DNA of 64,000 nucleotides from Arenicellales bacterium. Lineage in GTDB: Bacteria; Pseudomonadota; Gammaproteobacteria; Arenicellales; JAJDZL01. Below the pieces are notes generated by a model, which made no database searches, had not been told where the DNA came from, and saw only the letters and a list, made by a program, of their open reading frames with translations. This document shows, piece by piece, positions 40,055 through 49,864 of the stretch. The first letter of the stretch is position 1; each line of letters starts with the position of its first letter. Made by a program: the position numbers and the translations under genes. The DNA lies in NCBI GenBank assembly GCA_965220395.1, contig CBDCPT010000004.1, positions 404,777 to 468,776 on the forward strand, in the 5' to 3' direction.

Positions 40055-41211
40055 CAGAAACGAATCCCCAATTTTTTAGAAAGAGCTCTGAACGTCGACA
40101 TTTTTTTAAATCCGAGAAATTGGAATGCTTCTGTAAATGAGGAGTGACCTTCCACCGTGCTTGCTACGATCGCATGAGTAAATCGTTTGCTGTTTCGAGC
40201 AAACAAATTCGCATAGAAATCACCTCCTGTATCAGATTTAGCGGGTATTAATCCCATGGTTTCGTTTTCAAATATCTCCCTAAATTGCATTTTCGATAGA
40301 TAGCCGGCATCATAGAGTCTATACAGAATGACCAAAGAACTTACTTTGAATCGTGATGCAAGCAGCTTGAGAATCTGCTGCAACTCTTGATTTTTGACGA
40401 TTACGTATTCCTCTTGCAGAGTGGCCAAGGGCACAAGAATTTCTGCTGCGACTTGATTGCACCAATATTCAGTTTGATCGGACGTGGTGCTGAAAAATCC
40501 AACATCTGGAAGACCGGATTCGCCTAGTGCCAAATGTGCCAATTCATGAGCCAGAGTAAATATCTGAGCTGCCTTTGTGTCAGCACCATTGATAAATACA
40601 AGTGGCGCTATATCATCGGCAAGTACAAAGCCTCTGAATTCCTGAGTATCCAATTTACGACTTGTATTGCCGCCGACAACACCATTTACCATAACTAGAA
40701 TTCCCAACTCATCAGCTGCCTTGATGAATTTTCTTAGGGCATCGGTCCACGAGGCTAACTCACGTCTTCTCACTAAATCAAATTTGAGCATCGTTCTAAT
40801 ACTCGCGGCAACAGTCAAAGGGTTTCTTTGTACAGTTTCCGAGGCAACGAAGGGAATTGGTTTTTCACCGTTCATCAGCGCGTAGTTGCGGTACCAATCC
40901 TGTTGCTGTAGACAGAGATATATAGTGTCAAGAAGATTCGGACTCGGGTTTGTAACGGGGAAGTTTCCAATTGTGCGAAAATCTGCTATGGGAACAGATT
41001 CGTTGGGAGGAGTCGAAAGAAAAAAATATCCAACAGGCGTGTGGGTGAAATTTGCAAATTTTTCCAGTTGTTTCAGAGTGGGACGGACGATACCGTTCTC
41101 CCAATCATGGAACTTTGGAAATTTCCTTAGTAGGCCATCAATACCAACATCGGCCCGCTTACAAGCCCATTGCAACAGTTCTGGTTTTATGTCGACTCGC
41201 ACTACAGGCAT
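40054..41211 (-). CDS. XRE-HTH + ImmA/IrrE zinc metallopeptidase fusion
   Basis: WENG..RPTLKQLEKFA (HTH), FRGF, FTLAHELAH (HExxH), E.WCNQVAAE; start set at ATG 41211. Confidence 0.88.
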   Translation of the reverse strand: MPVVRVDIKPELLQWACKRADVGIDGLLRKFPKFHDWENGIVRPTLKQLEKFANFTHTPVGYFFLSTPPNESVPIADFRTIGNFPVTNPSPNLLDTIYLCLQQQDWYRNYALMNGEKPIPFVASETVQRNPLTVAASIRTMLKFDLVRRRELASWTDALRKFIKAADELGILVMVNGVVGGNTSRKLDTQEFRGFVLADDIAPLVFINGADTKAAQIFTLAHELAHLALGESGLPDVGFFSTTSDQTEYWCNQVAAEILVPLATLQEEYVIVKNQELQQILKLLASRFKVSSLVILYRLYDAGYLSKMQFREIFENETMGLIPAKSDTGGDFYANLFARNSKRFTHAIVASTVEGHSSFTEAFQFLGFKKMSTFRALSKKLGIRF

Positions 41212-41651
41212 TGATTCACGGTGCCGTATCGACCAATGGGATGATTTATCTGTTCCGAAATTAAGACAGCTTTGTTTCTGTAGCTTTGGAAGTGCATGGG
41301 AGTCTGTTGGACTCAGGGGGTTGGCTGAAATGGGAACTCGAAATATTTCAGAGTTGCAACAAACCAAGAATAAGAGTTATTCAAGGATTCGAAAAATTAT
41401 AGTGCATTCCCATTTTGTTGTGTAGATGAAATTCATGATGGCATGAATGTGTGACTATACATGACCAATGAGGTTATGAAATATGAATTCACTTGTACGA
41501 TCCAATGAATGGAATCCGCTGAGTCTATATCTGTTTGCAAATTTCAATAACTGAGCGAACTTGGCTCCGCGCACGTTCTTTGATGCACTGGAATTGGTTG
41601 GTCAGCTTATTGCAAGCTGACAATACCGATTCGATAGTTGAATCCGACAAA

Positions 41652-42449
41652 CTACATCAATGTGAAGATTGCGAGTGCGAGAACAACGCGATAGATGACG
41701 AACGGCAGCATTCCAATCTTTTCGATGAATCTCAAAAAGTAGTGGATACACAGATAAGCTACTACTGCAGATACCGTCGTAGCATATCCAAATATCAGCC
41801 AGTTGGTCTCCTGGTTGGATGTAGTCAAACTCAGAAATTGCCAGCCGCCAGCCATTGCAATGACTGGAATTGCGAGCAAGAAAGCAAATTTTGCCGCGTC
41901 TTGTCTTGTTAACCCTAGCATGAGGGCGACGGTGATTGTAATCCCAGATCTTGAAGTTCCCGGAATAATCGCGACAGCCTGACCCAACCCTATCAGAATT
42001 GCATCCCTGAATCTCAAGGTGTTCAGTTGTCGCTCTCCACGTCTAAACCAGTCTGCATACCAAAGTAACACTCCAAAAGCCAATGTTGCCATTGCGATTA
42101 CCTCAACGCTCCGAAGCTCTTTTTCTACAAGTTCGTGAGCGAGGGCACCAGTAATCGCGACCGGAATGCTCGCGACGATAATAAACCAACACAATTTTGA
42201 CTCATCCGTGGGGCCTTCTCCTGTAAAGGATTGGAACCATCCTCGTAAAATTCTGATTAATTCAAGCCGAAAATATGAGACGGAAGCAATCAAAGTACCC
42301 AAGTGAACAGCTATATCAAATGCAAGCCCTTGATCGCGCCAACCGAATAAGTGAGGGATGATTATCAGATGTGCAGAACTTGAGATTGGCAGAAACTCGG
42401 TAGCTCCCTGAATGAGAGCAAGAATACCTGAATTCAAATAATCTGCCAT
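41652..42449 (-). CDS. uppP: Undecaprenyl-diphosphate phosphatase
   Basis: QGATEFLPISSSAH, HLGT, PGTSRSG. Confidence 0.95.
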   Translation of the reverse strand: MADYLNSGILALIQGATEFLPISSSAHLIIIPHLFGWRDQGLAFDIAVHLGTLIASVSYFRLELIRILRGWFQSFTGEGPTDESKLCWFIIVASIPVAITGALAHELVEKELRSVEVIAMATLAFGVLLWYADWFRRGERQLNTLRFRDAILIGLGQAVAIIPGTSRSGITITVALMLGLTRQDAAKFAFLLAIPVIAMAGGWQFLSLTTSNQETNWLIFGYATTVSAVVAYLCIHYFLRFIEKIGMLPFVIYRVVLALAIFTLM

Positions 42450-42477
42450 TCCGTTACCAATAAATCAGCAGGCTGCA

Positions 42478-43674
42478 TCAGACCGAATGTTCAGGAACAA
42501 ATTTATTACTGAAAAGGGAGTGCGACCGATCAGTCGTTGCGAATCCAGTTATAGTCGAATCAAAATTCTTCGTAAATTCTATCACCTTGAAAATCTCTCC
42601 CATTTCAGACGGAGTGACTAGAGCAATAAACTCATTTAGCATTTGCGTTTTCTCTATTTCTGATCTATTTCTCAATTCTCCACATTCTATTCCTGCATCA
42701 ACAAGAAAAGCGGCAAAACTTGTAAATCCATTCACTTCCATTTCTGATTCAACAGCAATTCGAGCCAGATTCGAAAAGTTGATATGAGCGGTAATGTCTT
42801 GACATCCGATGTAGCTCAATGGATCGTAAAGCACGTGATGGCGACGATGACAAATTAGAGTGCCCTGACTTCTCTCACTGTGGTAATACTCATGCGCCGG
42901 AAACCCATAGTCAGTGATCAGGATTGATCCGCAGTCTAAATGATTGGCAATGGTTCTCAACCATGCTTCAGCGCGACAGTGCAACTCGGAAATATAGGGT
43001 TGTGTAACTTCTGGCAAATCCAAGGCAGCGAAAGAAGCCTCGAAATCCGCTTCACATTCATCGCGAAATTCAAGCGCAAATCCTGTATCCGATTCCACCA
43101 CATATCCCTGCAAGAGTTCATTTTTTTCCACGCAGAACAATTCAACCGGCATCGCGTCCAGAACTTCGTTTGCAATCACGATTCCTTTCATTCCCTGCAG
43201 TGGCAAGTGGTCATACCACTTAACTTTCTCACCAAGATGTTTTTCGGCTTGGCGAACGGTATTTTGTTGGACGTTTCTTAAAACCGGACTCAATTCAATA
43301 ATTACGTATTCAGATATTCTGCATTCCAATTTGTCTAATTCATGCAAAATCTGAACGGCGAGCCTGCCACTTCCCGCTCCAAATTCGTACAGATTCAAGG
43401 GGCCGTCAAACCCTGAAAGAGACTCAGCCAGTTTTGATGCCAAGGTTCGGCCAAATAAATTACCCATTTCTGGTGCAGTAATAAAATCCCCTCCTGGCCC
43501 GACGGTTCTAGTGCCTGCTGTGTAATAGCCAAACTCACTATCATATAAGGCGAGATCCATGAACTGGCCAAACGTCAGTGCCTGTCTATGGGTGTTTCGA
43601 GCAGCGTTTAATATTTTTTGAGTTAAGTGTTTGCTGCGTATGATTTCTTCTGGGGTTAAGCTGAGATCTAGCAT
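42478..43674 (-). CDS. MidA/NDUFAF7-like SAM-dependent methyltransferase
   Basis: FMDLALY..GYY, GDFITAPE, EFGAGSG, NEVLDAMP, DYG, QDITAH; start probably ATG 43674. Confidence 0.88.
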   Translation of the reverse strand: MLDLSLTPEEIIRSKHLTQKILNAARNTHRQALTFGQFMDLALYDSEFGYYTAGTRTVGPGGDFITAPEMGNLFGRTLASKLAESLSGFDGPLNLYEFGAGSGRLAVQILHELDKLECRISEYVIIELSPVLRNVQQNTVRQAEKHLGEKVKWYDHLPLQGMKGIVIANEVLDAMPVELFCVEKNELLQGYVVESDTGFALEFRDECEADFEASFAALDLPEVTQPYISELHCRAEAWLRTIANHLDCGSILITDYGFPAHEYYHSERSQGTLICHRRHHVLYDPLSYIGCQDITAHINFSNLARIAVESEMEVNGFTSFAAFLVDAGIECGELRNRSEIEKTQMLNEFIALVTPSEMGEIFKVIEFTKNFDSTITGFATTDRSHSLFSNKFVPEHSV

Positions 43675-43908
43675 GGGGCTGCAAGAGAACTGGGATGGAA
43701 GGAATCGAAGAGGTGCAGTTGAAAGTGATGCGTGGATAGACAATTACAATTCAATATGTGCGAAAGCGATTGGACAGATTAACCCGACGCTACAGCAAGC
43801 GAATTCAAAAAGGTTGCGAAGAAGTTTCATTAAACTATTTGGCGCTCGTCTCCAACTAGTATGGGTTCATAGTATCAGACTTCCTAACCTCGACCAATTT
43901 AACATGTC

Positions 43909-46424
43909 TCATTCTACCGGTTTACGAAGCGAGATTTCATAGAAAAGGGTGAGGTCGGTTCCGGGATATTGGGTAGCGGTGTCATTGAGTTCCTTGATTA
44001 GCGGCAGCAACGCACGGTGCGAGGCATCGTTGGCAAGGCCGAGCAGCTGAACGCGCAGCAGACCCTGTTCAGGTTGCGGAATGACATTCGCTTCGCACTG
44101 GAACAGTTTGCCGAGCAGTTTGCGAGCGTTGTGTTTTTTTACCCTGTGCGGCGTTTGTTGTTTTTCACATTAAATCGTTAAGATTTCCCACAATAGTTTG
44201 TTCACACCGCTGAAATAATGCGGAAACTGAACGTTTAAATGAGCGCTCGCCGCCCCTGCGGCAAAACGTTGATTCTGCATGAATTTAAGGCAAATAGCAC
44301 CATGTTCTGAGTGAGCCAGGCATGGTACTTTGTCACAATTAATCGACGTAAACCGGGAAATCCTGACTTCAGGCAACCAATTAATCTGGGAAATCTGTTC
44401 CATTTAATGTGAAAATCAACAGCGTTGACCGCCGGCATCATTTGGGTTTCCGCCCGGTAGGCAATCATGCGGATGATGTCAAGAAAATGGCGCGGTGCAC
44501 TCGGCAGCGCGTCCAAGCGCTGATGCTGCGGCAGATCGCCGGCGCGCACATGGGAAGGAATCTGCAACCGCTGTGCCTTGAGTCTGGCCAGTTCAAGTTC
44601 ATATTGCTGTGCGGTGCGCTCATATTGTGTGGCGTCTCGGTTCTGGTTGCGGAATTGGATTATTTGTCCCCCTGCACGACTACGCTTGGCGTTGGTGTTC
44701 TTGATTCGCTTTTCCAACTCGCGCCGATCAGGATTGACCACCTTGGCGTTCTCGTCCACGGGAATCAACTGCTGAACACTGAGTGCATCAAGATTGAACT
44801 CCTGACGCATCTGCTTGAAGAAATTCTCCTGTGCCCAGCGCGAGAACAGCGCCGCAACCACCTGTTGCATCGGCAAATTCGGATGGGTGGTGATCAAGGC
44901 AGCCTGGCGACCGCTGTCCATCAGACGACGGATCTGACGCACCTTGTATCCATTGGCCAGTTCAACCTCGTCTTCGGCAATCAGCACCGAACGGACACTG
45001 TGATGCGCCGGGCCATGCAGCGACACCTCGACCGGCTCGAAGCGACTTTGCAGCCAATCGGCGCCGCGATGGTTCTTATGCCAGCTAATGCAGGCGATGC
45101 CCTGCCGAGCCAGTCGCTGAAACAGATCCGGGCTCCAGCCCTCGCGGTCAAACACCAGGGTCAGAACCGGTTCCGCCTCGGCTGCCGTCAGGTCCGGCGC
45201 AGATTGCGGAATCGCACCGATGCATCGCAGTTCCGGCAGCATATCGTGTTCAAGCGTATGAACCATCTTGCGGTCGATCTGCTGGTGCAGGCACAGCAAC
45301 GGCATCCCCCCGAGTGCGTTGATCCAATAGCTGGCGGCAGCCGGCAGGCACAACTTCTGGCGCGCCACGAAATGCTTCGGCAGATTGCCCTTGCGTCCGC
45401 TGTAAACTTTCACGTGACCGTCCACCGACAAGGTGGCGCAGTCGTGCGGATTTTCATTTATCCAGCGCTGTGCCAGTTGCCCCTGCCAGGCTCGAACCCG
45501 GCTTTCATCGCAACTGATCTTGCGCAGTTTGCCACGCAGCGTCTTGACTTCCGGACAGCGGTCCAGTCCAAGCAGTATGCCCCATTCACCGGGACACTGA
45601 TAACGCAATGCTTCCGGGTTGCGGATTCTCGCCAGCATCATCAGGGCGATCAGCACCAGCACTGTGTTCAGTCCGTAGAAGCTGTTTGAAAGTTGAAAAT
45701 AATGCCCGACATTGTCTAGCAGCCCTTGTTTCAGCAACGCTGGAAGCGCAGTGAGAACGCCGCCATTTCGCACCGCACTGGCTGATTCAGTGAATTGCGG
45801 AGCCGCTTCGGTGATCCGTCCCGCACTGGCTGCCAAGCGCGTATCGACATCGTGAGCCGCACGTCCCATTGGCGCTTGTTTGTCACGACGGTCTCGTACC
45901 GCACGATCGACCGCATCGGCAATATCGGAATCTTTTCGTCCGGCTGCAGACGGTTGATCATCAAGCGCAGTGCGGCTCGCGGGCGGTGTGATAATCCCGG
46001 CACGGCGATGCTCGCTGAAAGTGCTTGGCGCAATCCCCAGTTGCCGGGCTGTTGCGCGTCCACTGCAGCCTTCGACCAGAAGTTCGCTGGCGCGTTGGAC
46101 GGTCTGTGCATCCACTGTCACACGCCCGCGTCCGCGGCGCCGGGCATAGAAGGACGGTTCGCCTTCGGTGCGGTATTGTTTCGCAAAGCGCGATACGGTT
46201 TCACGGCGAATCCCATAGGCCTGTGCGATCTCGGCATGCGTGACGCAACCCGCTGCTGCGAACTTCGCGATCCGCAGGTTTCTCGCCGACCTGTCGTCTG
46301 CGCGATGCTGGTCGATCGGCAGCAGATAGTGAAAGTAAGTGGTGGTTCCATCGCAAGTGACCATGCTGAAAAAGGTGCCGATGGGAGTTGCCTCGGGGAC
46401 ATTGATTGGGAGTTGAGCAGTCAT
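43909..46424 (-). pseudogene. Large transposase with two N-terminal HTHs, interrupted by a MITE and a +1 frameshift
   Basis: VDGHVKVY, VFDREGW, RWAQENFFK; native C-terminus (..ARKLLGKLF..LNDTATQYPGTDLTLFYEI..*) resumes beyond the MITE after an A7 run (44134-44140). Confidence 0.82.
44156..44421 (-). mobile_element. 266-bp MITE, copy 1
   Basis: TIR TGTTG(A/T)TTTTCACATTAAAT; 5-bp TSD GCGTT (44151-44155, 44422-44426); identical to 49875-50140 in the opposite orientation. Confidence 0.93.
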
Positions 46425-46620
46425 GAATTTCGGGTTTCGGCGTGAATATATGTGATTTATTATTATAGCCAACTTTCAACCGGAAAAGTTCGAAATATTC
46501 AACAAAATCAGAAGAAAATCCTGTAATATGAACAGGTTACTCTGCTCTGAACGGTACTGGACGACAGGCGGAGGTCAGGAAGTCTGAGTATATTGCAGTA
46601 ATTTGCGTTGGGTTTGGATT

Positions 46621-49001
46621 CTTTCATCTGCCCACAGTTGACTTTGGTCGAAGATTATGCCATCATATTGGCATGCAAGTCGGAATGCGACAATTCAGTG
46701 CCGAAACTGTCACGCGGGTGATCGAGGAATCCAGCAAGCCATCTGTGACCCGCGGTGAACTTGCACGGCTTTTGTGCGAACTTGACCATTGGTATGACAG
46801 CAAAGGTCGCCCTGCGGTAAGTTCGGCACGCAAGGCGTTGGTGAAATTAGCGCACAAGGCGGGCTTTGAGTTGCCACAGGCGTGCGCCGGGGTTCCGCAG
46901 TCGGTGAAAGCGGTTTCGCCGCCTGCGGGATTGGATGCGTTGTCGGGGATGCGGGTGCGGTTATCGGATATGGGTGAGATGAGTGTGGCAGTGGTATCTG
47001 ACAGTCAGCAACGCCGCAGTTGGGATGCGATGATGGAAGCTTGGCATCCATTGGGATTCAAGCGAGCGCCCGGAGGTCAGATGCGGTATTGGGTGATCAG
47101 TTCTCGGTATGGGGTGATTGGCGGGGTAGGTTTTGCGGCTGCGAGCTGGCATCAGAAGGCGCGCGATGAATGGATTGGATGGAGCAGTGATGCGCGAGCT
47201 GTGAATTTGGCAGCGCTGATATGCAATCATCGTTTTTTGCTGATTGCTCGGGTGTATGGTCTGGCATCGAAGGTTTTGGGAGAGGTTTGCGAGCGAGTGG
47301 CAGTGGACTGGGAGGCGTGCTACGGAGTATTGCCGGTACTGGCTTATACGCATGTGGATCAGTGCTATAGCGGTATGAGTTATGAGGCGTCGGGTTGGCG
47401 TCGGTGCCAGCGGTTGAGCAGCGGTCATGCGCAGCGCCGAGCGCAGCCGGGCACGAAAAAGGCGGTATGGATGAAGCCATTGTCGGAGAATTGGCAGGAG
47501 CGTTTATGCACCCCTGCGCATCGGCCGATTGTCAGGCCCAAGTCGGTGTATTTGAGCGAAGATGCGCACTGGGCGGCGCGCGAGTATGCGCGTTCGAGTC
47601 ATCCGGACGGTCGGGTTCGGGAACGGATTGTGCAAATGGGACAGGCGTGGGTTGAGCATCAGGGCGCATCGATACCGGTGCTATTTCCGAGACGGGCGGA
47701 ACGCAAGGGTGCGTATCGGCTGTTATCGAACCAACAGGTGAGTATGGAACATATCTTGGAGCCTCATCAGGCGAGTGTTGCGGAGCGTTGTGCGACGGAG
47801 TCGGTGGTGCTTGCGGTGCAGGACACGACGTCATTGAACTATCACGGTCTGCGCAGCAGCGAAGGATTGGTGGGCATTGGCGGTCGTGGTGCGGGAGCGA
47901 AAGGGATATTGGCGCATTTTGGAGTTGCGATCAGCGAGGTGGGACGTCCGCTGGGGGTGTATGCGCTGGATGCGGGATTTCGCAAGGTGAGCAGCAAAGC
48001 GAGTGAATGCGACGAAGAAGGCGGGAAGGAAAGCGAGCGTTGGCTTGCAGGGCTGACACGTGCGCATGAACTGTCCGAGGCCTGTCCGAACACACGGGTC
48101 ATTACGGTGTGTGATCGGGAGGCGGATTTGTGGTCGATGCTTCGCCAGGCGGTGGTATCAGGTGACAGTTTGCTGGTGCGTTCCAATGGTGCGCGCAAAC
48201 GTAAGGTGATACTGGAAGACGGCACTGCTGAGAAGTTGCCGTTGCATCTGTCAAAGCAGCCGGTGATTGCGCACAAGACGATTCAGATTGAGGCCTGTGG
48301 TGGCAAGCGAAAGCGCAAGGCGCGCAAGGCGCGGTTGGATTTGCGGGCCTGTATGGTGACGCTCGGGGCGCCGGTATTGGCCGAAGATCAGACGCCGACG
48401 CAGATGCTGGCGGTGAGTGTTGACGAGATTCATGCACCGCGAGGTGAAAAGCCACTGCACTGGCTGCTATTGACCACTGAGGGCGAGGCGAGTGCCGAAC
48501 AGGCGCGCAAGGTGGTTCGGTGGTATGAGTTGCGCTGGCACATTGAGACCTGGTTCAGCGTGTTGAAAAACGGCACGCGCATCGGCACGCGCCAGTTCGA
48601 TCATGCGGATGATCTGCGCAAGTGCCTGGTGTTCGATGCGATCACCGCCTGTTACATTCATGATCTGAATTATATGGCACGCAACGATCCGCAGGTTGCA
48701 GCAAAGCAGGTGGTGGGGGACGAGCAGGTCGAATGTCTGTATGATTATTTGTACTATCGCGGCATCCACCGTTCGCGCGGCCCCCCGAATCACAATCCAA
48801 ATATCCGGACATTCGTCATTGACCTTGCGAGCATCGCCGGGTTTGAGTCGAGAAAAAGTCAGCCTTTGCCGGGAACTCGTAAATTGTGGCAAGCCTATGC
48901 ATTGTTCACCCCGGCGTTAATTTATCACCGAGGAATACATGCACAGAAATGATCAGACTAATACGACGTCACTTGCCGAGTCAACTGTGGGTAGATGAAA
49001 G
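46621..49001 (+). mobile_element. Complete IS4-family (IS50-like) element
   Basis: 23-bp TIRs CTTTCATCT(G/A)CCCACAGTTGACT (46621-46643, 48979-49001); 9-bp TSD GTTTGGATT (46612-46620, 49002-49010). Confidence 0.93.
46673..48952 (+). CDS. IS4 transposase with N-terminal DUF4338 (DruA-like) domain
   Basis: N-part: ARDEWIGWS, NHRFLL, LASKVL..DW...YG..PVL..T.VD..Y.G.SY.ASGW. C-part: AYRLLSN, VQDTT, KESERW, VCDREAD, WLLLT, YELRWHIETWFSVLKNG (YREK), PLPG..LW. Confidence 0.88.
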   Translation: MQVGMRQFSAETVTRVIEESSKPSVTRGELARLLCELDHWYDSKGRPAVSSARKALVKLAHKAGFELPQACAGVPQSVKAVSPPAGLDALSGMRVRLSDMGEMSVAVVSDSQQRRSWDAMMEAWHPLGFKRAPGGQMRYWVISSRYGVIGGVGFAAASWHQKARDEWIGWSSDARAVNLAALICNHRFLLIARVYGLASKVLGEVCERVAVDWEACYGVLPVLAYTHVDQCYSGMSYEASGWRRCQRLSSGHAQRRAQPGTKKAVWMKPLSENWQERLCTPAHRPIVRPKSVYLSEDAHWAAREYARSSHPDGRVRERIVQMGQAWVEHQGASIPVLFPRRAERKGAYRLLSNQQVSMEHILEPHQASVAERCATESVVLAVQDTTSLNYHGLRSSEGLVGIGGRGAGAKGILAHFGVAISEVGRPLGVYALDAGFRKVSSKASECDEEGGKESERWLAGLTRAHELSEACPNTRVITVCDREADLWSMLRQAVVSGDSLLVRSNGARKRKVILEDGTAEKLPLHLSKQPVIAHKTIQIEACGGKRKRKARKARLDLRACMVTLGAPVLAEDQTPTQMLAVSVDEIHAPRGEKPLHWLLLTTEGEASAEQARKVVRWYELRWHIETWFSVLKNGTRIGTRQFDHADDLRKCLVFDAITACYIHDLNYMARNDPQVAAKQVVGDEQVECLYDYLYYRGIHRSRGPPNHNPNIRTFVIDLASIAGFESRKSQPLPGTRKLWQAYALFTPALIYHRGIHAQK

Positions 49002-49109
49002 GTTTGGATTGCACATAGGAGGTCAGGGAGGTGAAGTGTTGGAAGGAACCGAAAGAGGGGGAGTGGAGTTATCAAAAGTATTCAATCCAGAAGTACTATC
49101 ATTGGCGGC

Positions 49110-49367
49110 ATGAGTTCTACAACGTTCAACACGCCGGCTGCATCCAAGAACCTGCAGAAAGCAGGCATGGATGCCACGTTGGCCAAATCCGTGGCAATGA
49201 AGATCGAAGCAGGCCAGTGCGAGCTTGCAACGAAATCCGATATTCGAAGCGTAAGAAACGACTTCAACTGGCTGAAGTGGGAGATTGGGGCTGGCGGCCA
49301 CGGCATCGAGTTCGAGCGGTCGGCGGAGTTGACAGCCCTGTTCGGCGCATTCTTCACATGGCTATGA
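49110..49367 (+). CDS. Small CCDC90/DUF1640-like protein, possibly degenerate
   Basis: FNT.AA.K.L..AGM...A; LATKSDI; LKW.IG. Confidence 0.5.
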   Translation: MSSTTFNTPAASKNLQKAGMDATLAKSVAMKIEAGQCELATKSDIRSVRNDFNWLKWEIGAGGHGIEFERSAELTALFGAFFTWL

Positions 49368-49864
49368 TCAGGCACTGCACGCAAAACGATTTCAACCGCA
49401 TACTTGCGATCATCAACGAGGCTGCGCAGGCCTATAGGGGCATTATTCCGGATGATCGGTGGAAGGACCCCTACATGGTCCCCGAGGAGCTAGCCGACGA
49501 GATTGCCGCTGGCGTCGCTTTCGACGGGTATGAGATCGCCGGGACCGGGCTGATCGGCTTGATGGGTGTCCAAACGGTCGAGGACGTCACACTGATTCGC
49601 CACGCCTATGTGGTACCTGGACATCAGCGTTCGGGGATTGGATCGGCACTGCTCACCGAGCTGTGCGCGCGCCTGGATCGTCCGGTCCTGGTCGGTACCT
49701 GGGCTGCCGCCGATTGGGCGATTGCTTTCTACCGTCGGCATGGGTTCAAGCCGGTATCAGCGCCAGAGAAGTCAACATTGCTACGACGGTACTGGACCAT
49801 ACCCGAGCGCCAGATCGAGACTTCGGTGGTACTCACCAATGCACGGTGGCGCCTCGCACCATGA
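49364..49864 (+). CDS. GNAT-family N-acetyltransferase
   Basis: HAYVVPGHQRSGIGSALL (motif A), AIAFYRRHGF; start set at ATG 49364. Confidence 0.88.
   Translation: MIRHCTQNDFNRILAIINEAAQAYRGIIPDDRWKDPYMVPEELADEIAAGVAFDGYEIAGTGLIGLMGVQTVEDVTLIRHAYVVPGHQRSGIGSALLTELCARLDRPVLVGTWAAADWAIAFYRRHGFKPVSAPEKSTLLRRYWTIPERQIETSVVLTNARWRLAP

Larger units (their letters stand above)
43876..46586 (-). mobile_element. Insertion sequence with a large DDE transposase (family unassigned)
   Basis: TIRs CAGACTTCCT(A/G)ACCTC at 43876 and 46586; 5-bp TSD AGTAT (43871-43875, 46587-46591). Confidence 0.88.

Noticed and set aside
44134..44140. Programmed frameshift at the A7 run
   Set aside because: It lies in an already interrupted gene near the C-terminus; slippage or sequencing error is simpler.
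44409..45689. Long antisense ORFs (also 248-958, 1006-1653, 55703-56272)
   Set aside because: Shadows of GC-rich transposase genes on the opposite strand; no motifs.
46673..48952. Druantia anti-phage system
   Set aside because: Only a DruA-like domain inside an IS; no DruE helicase or other dru genes.
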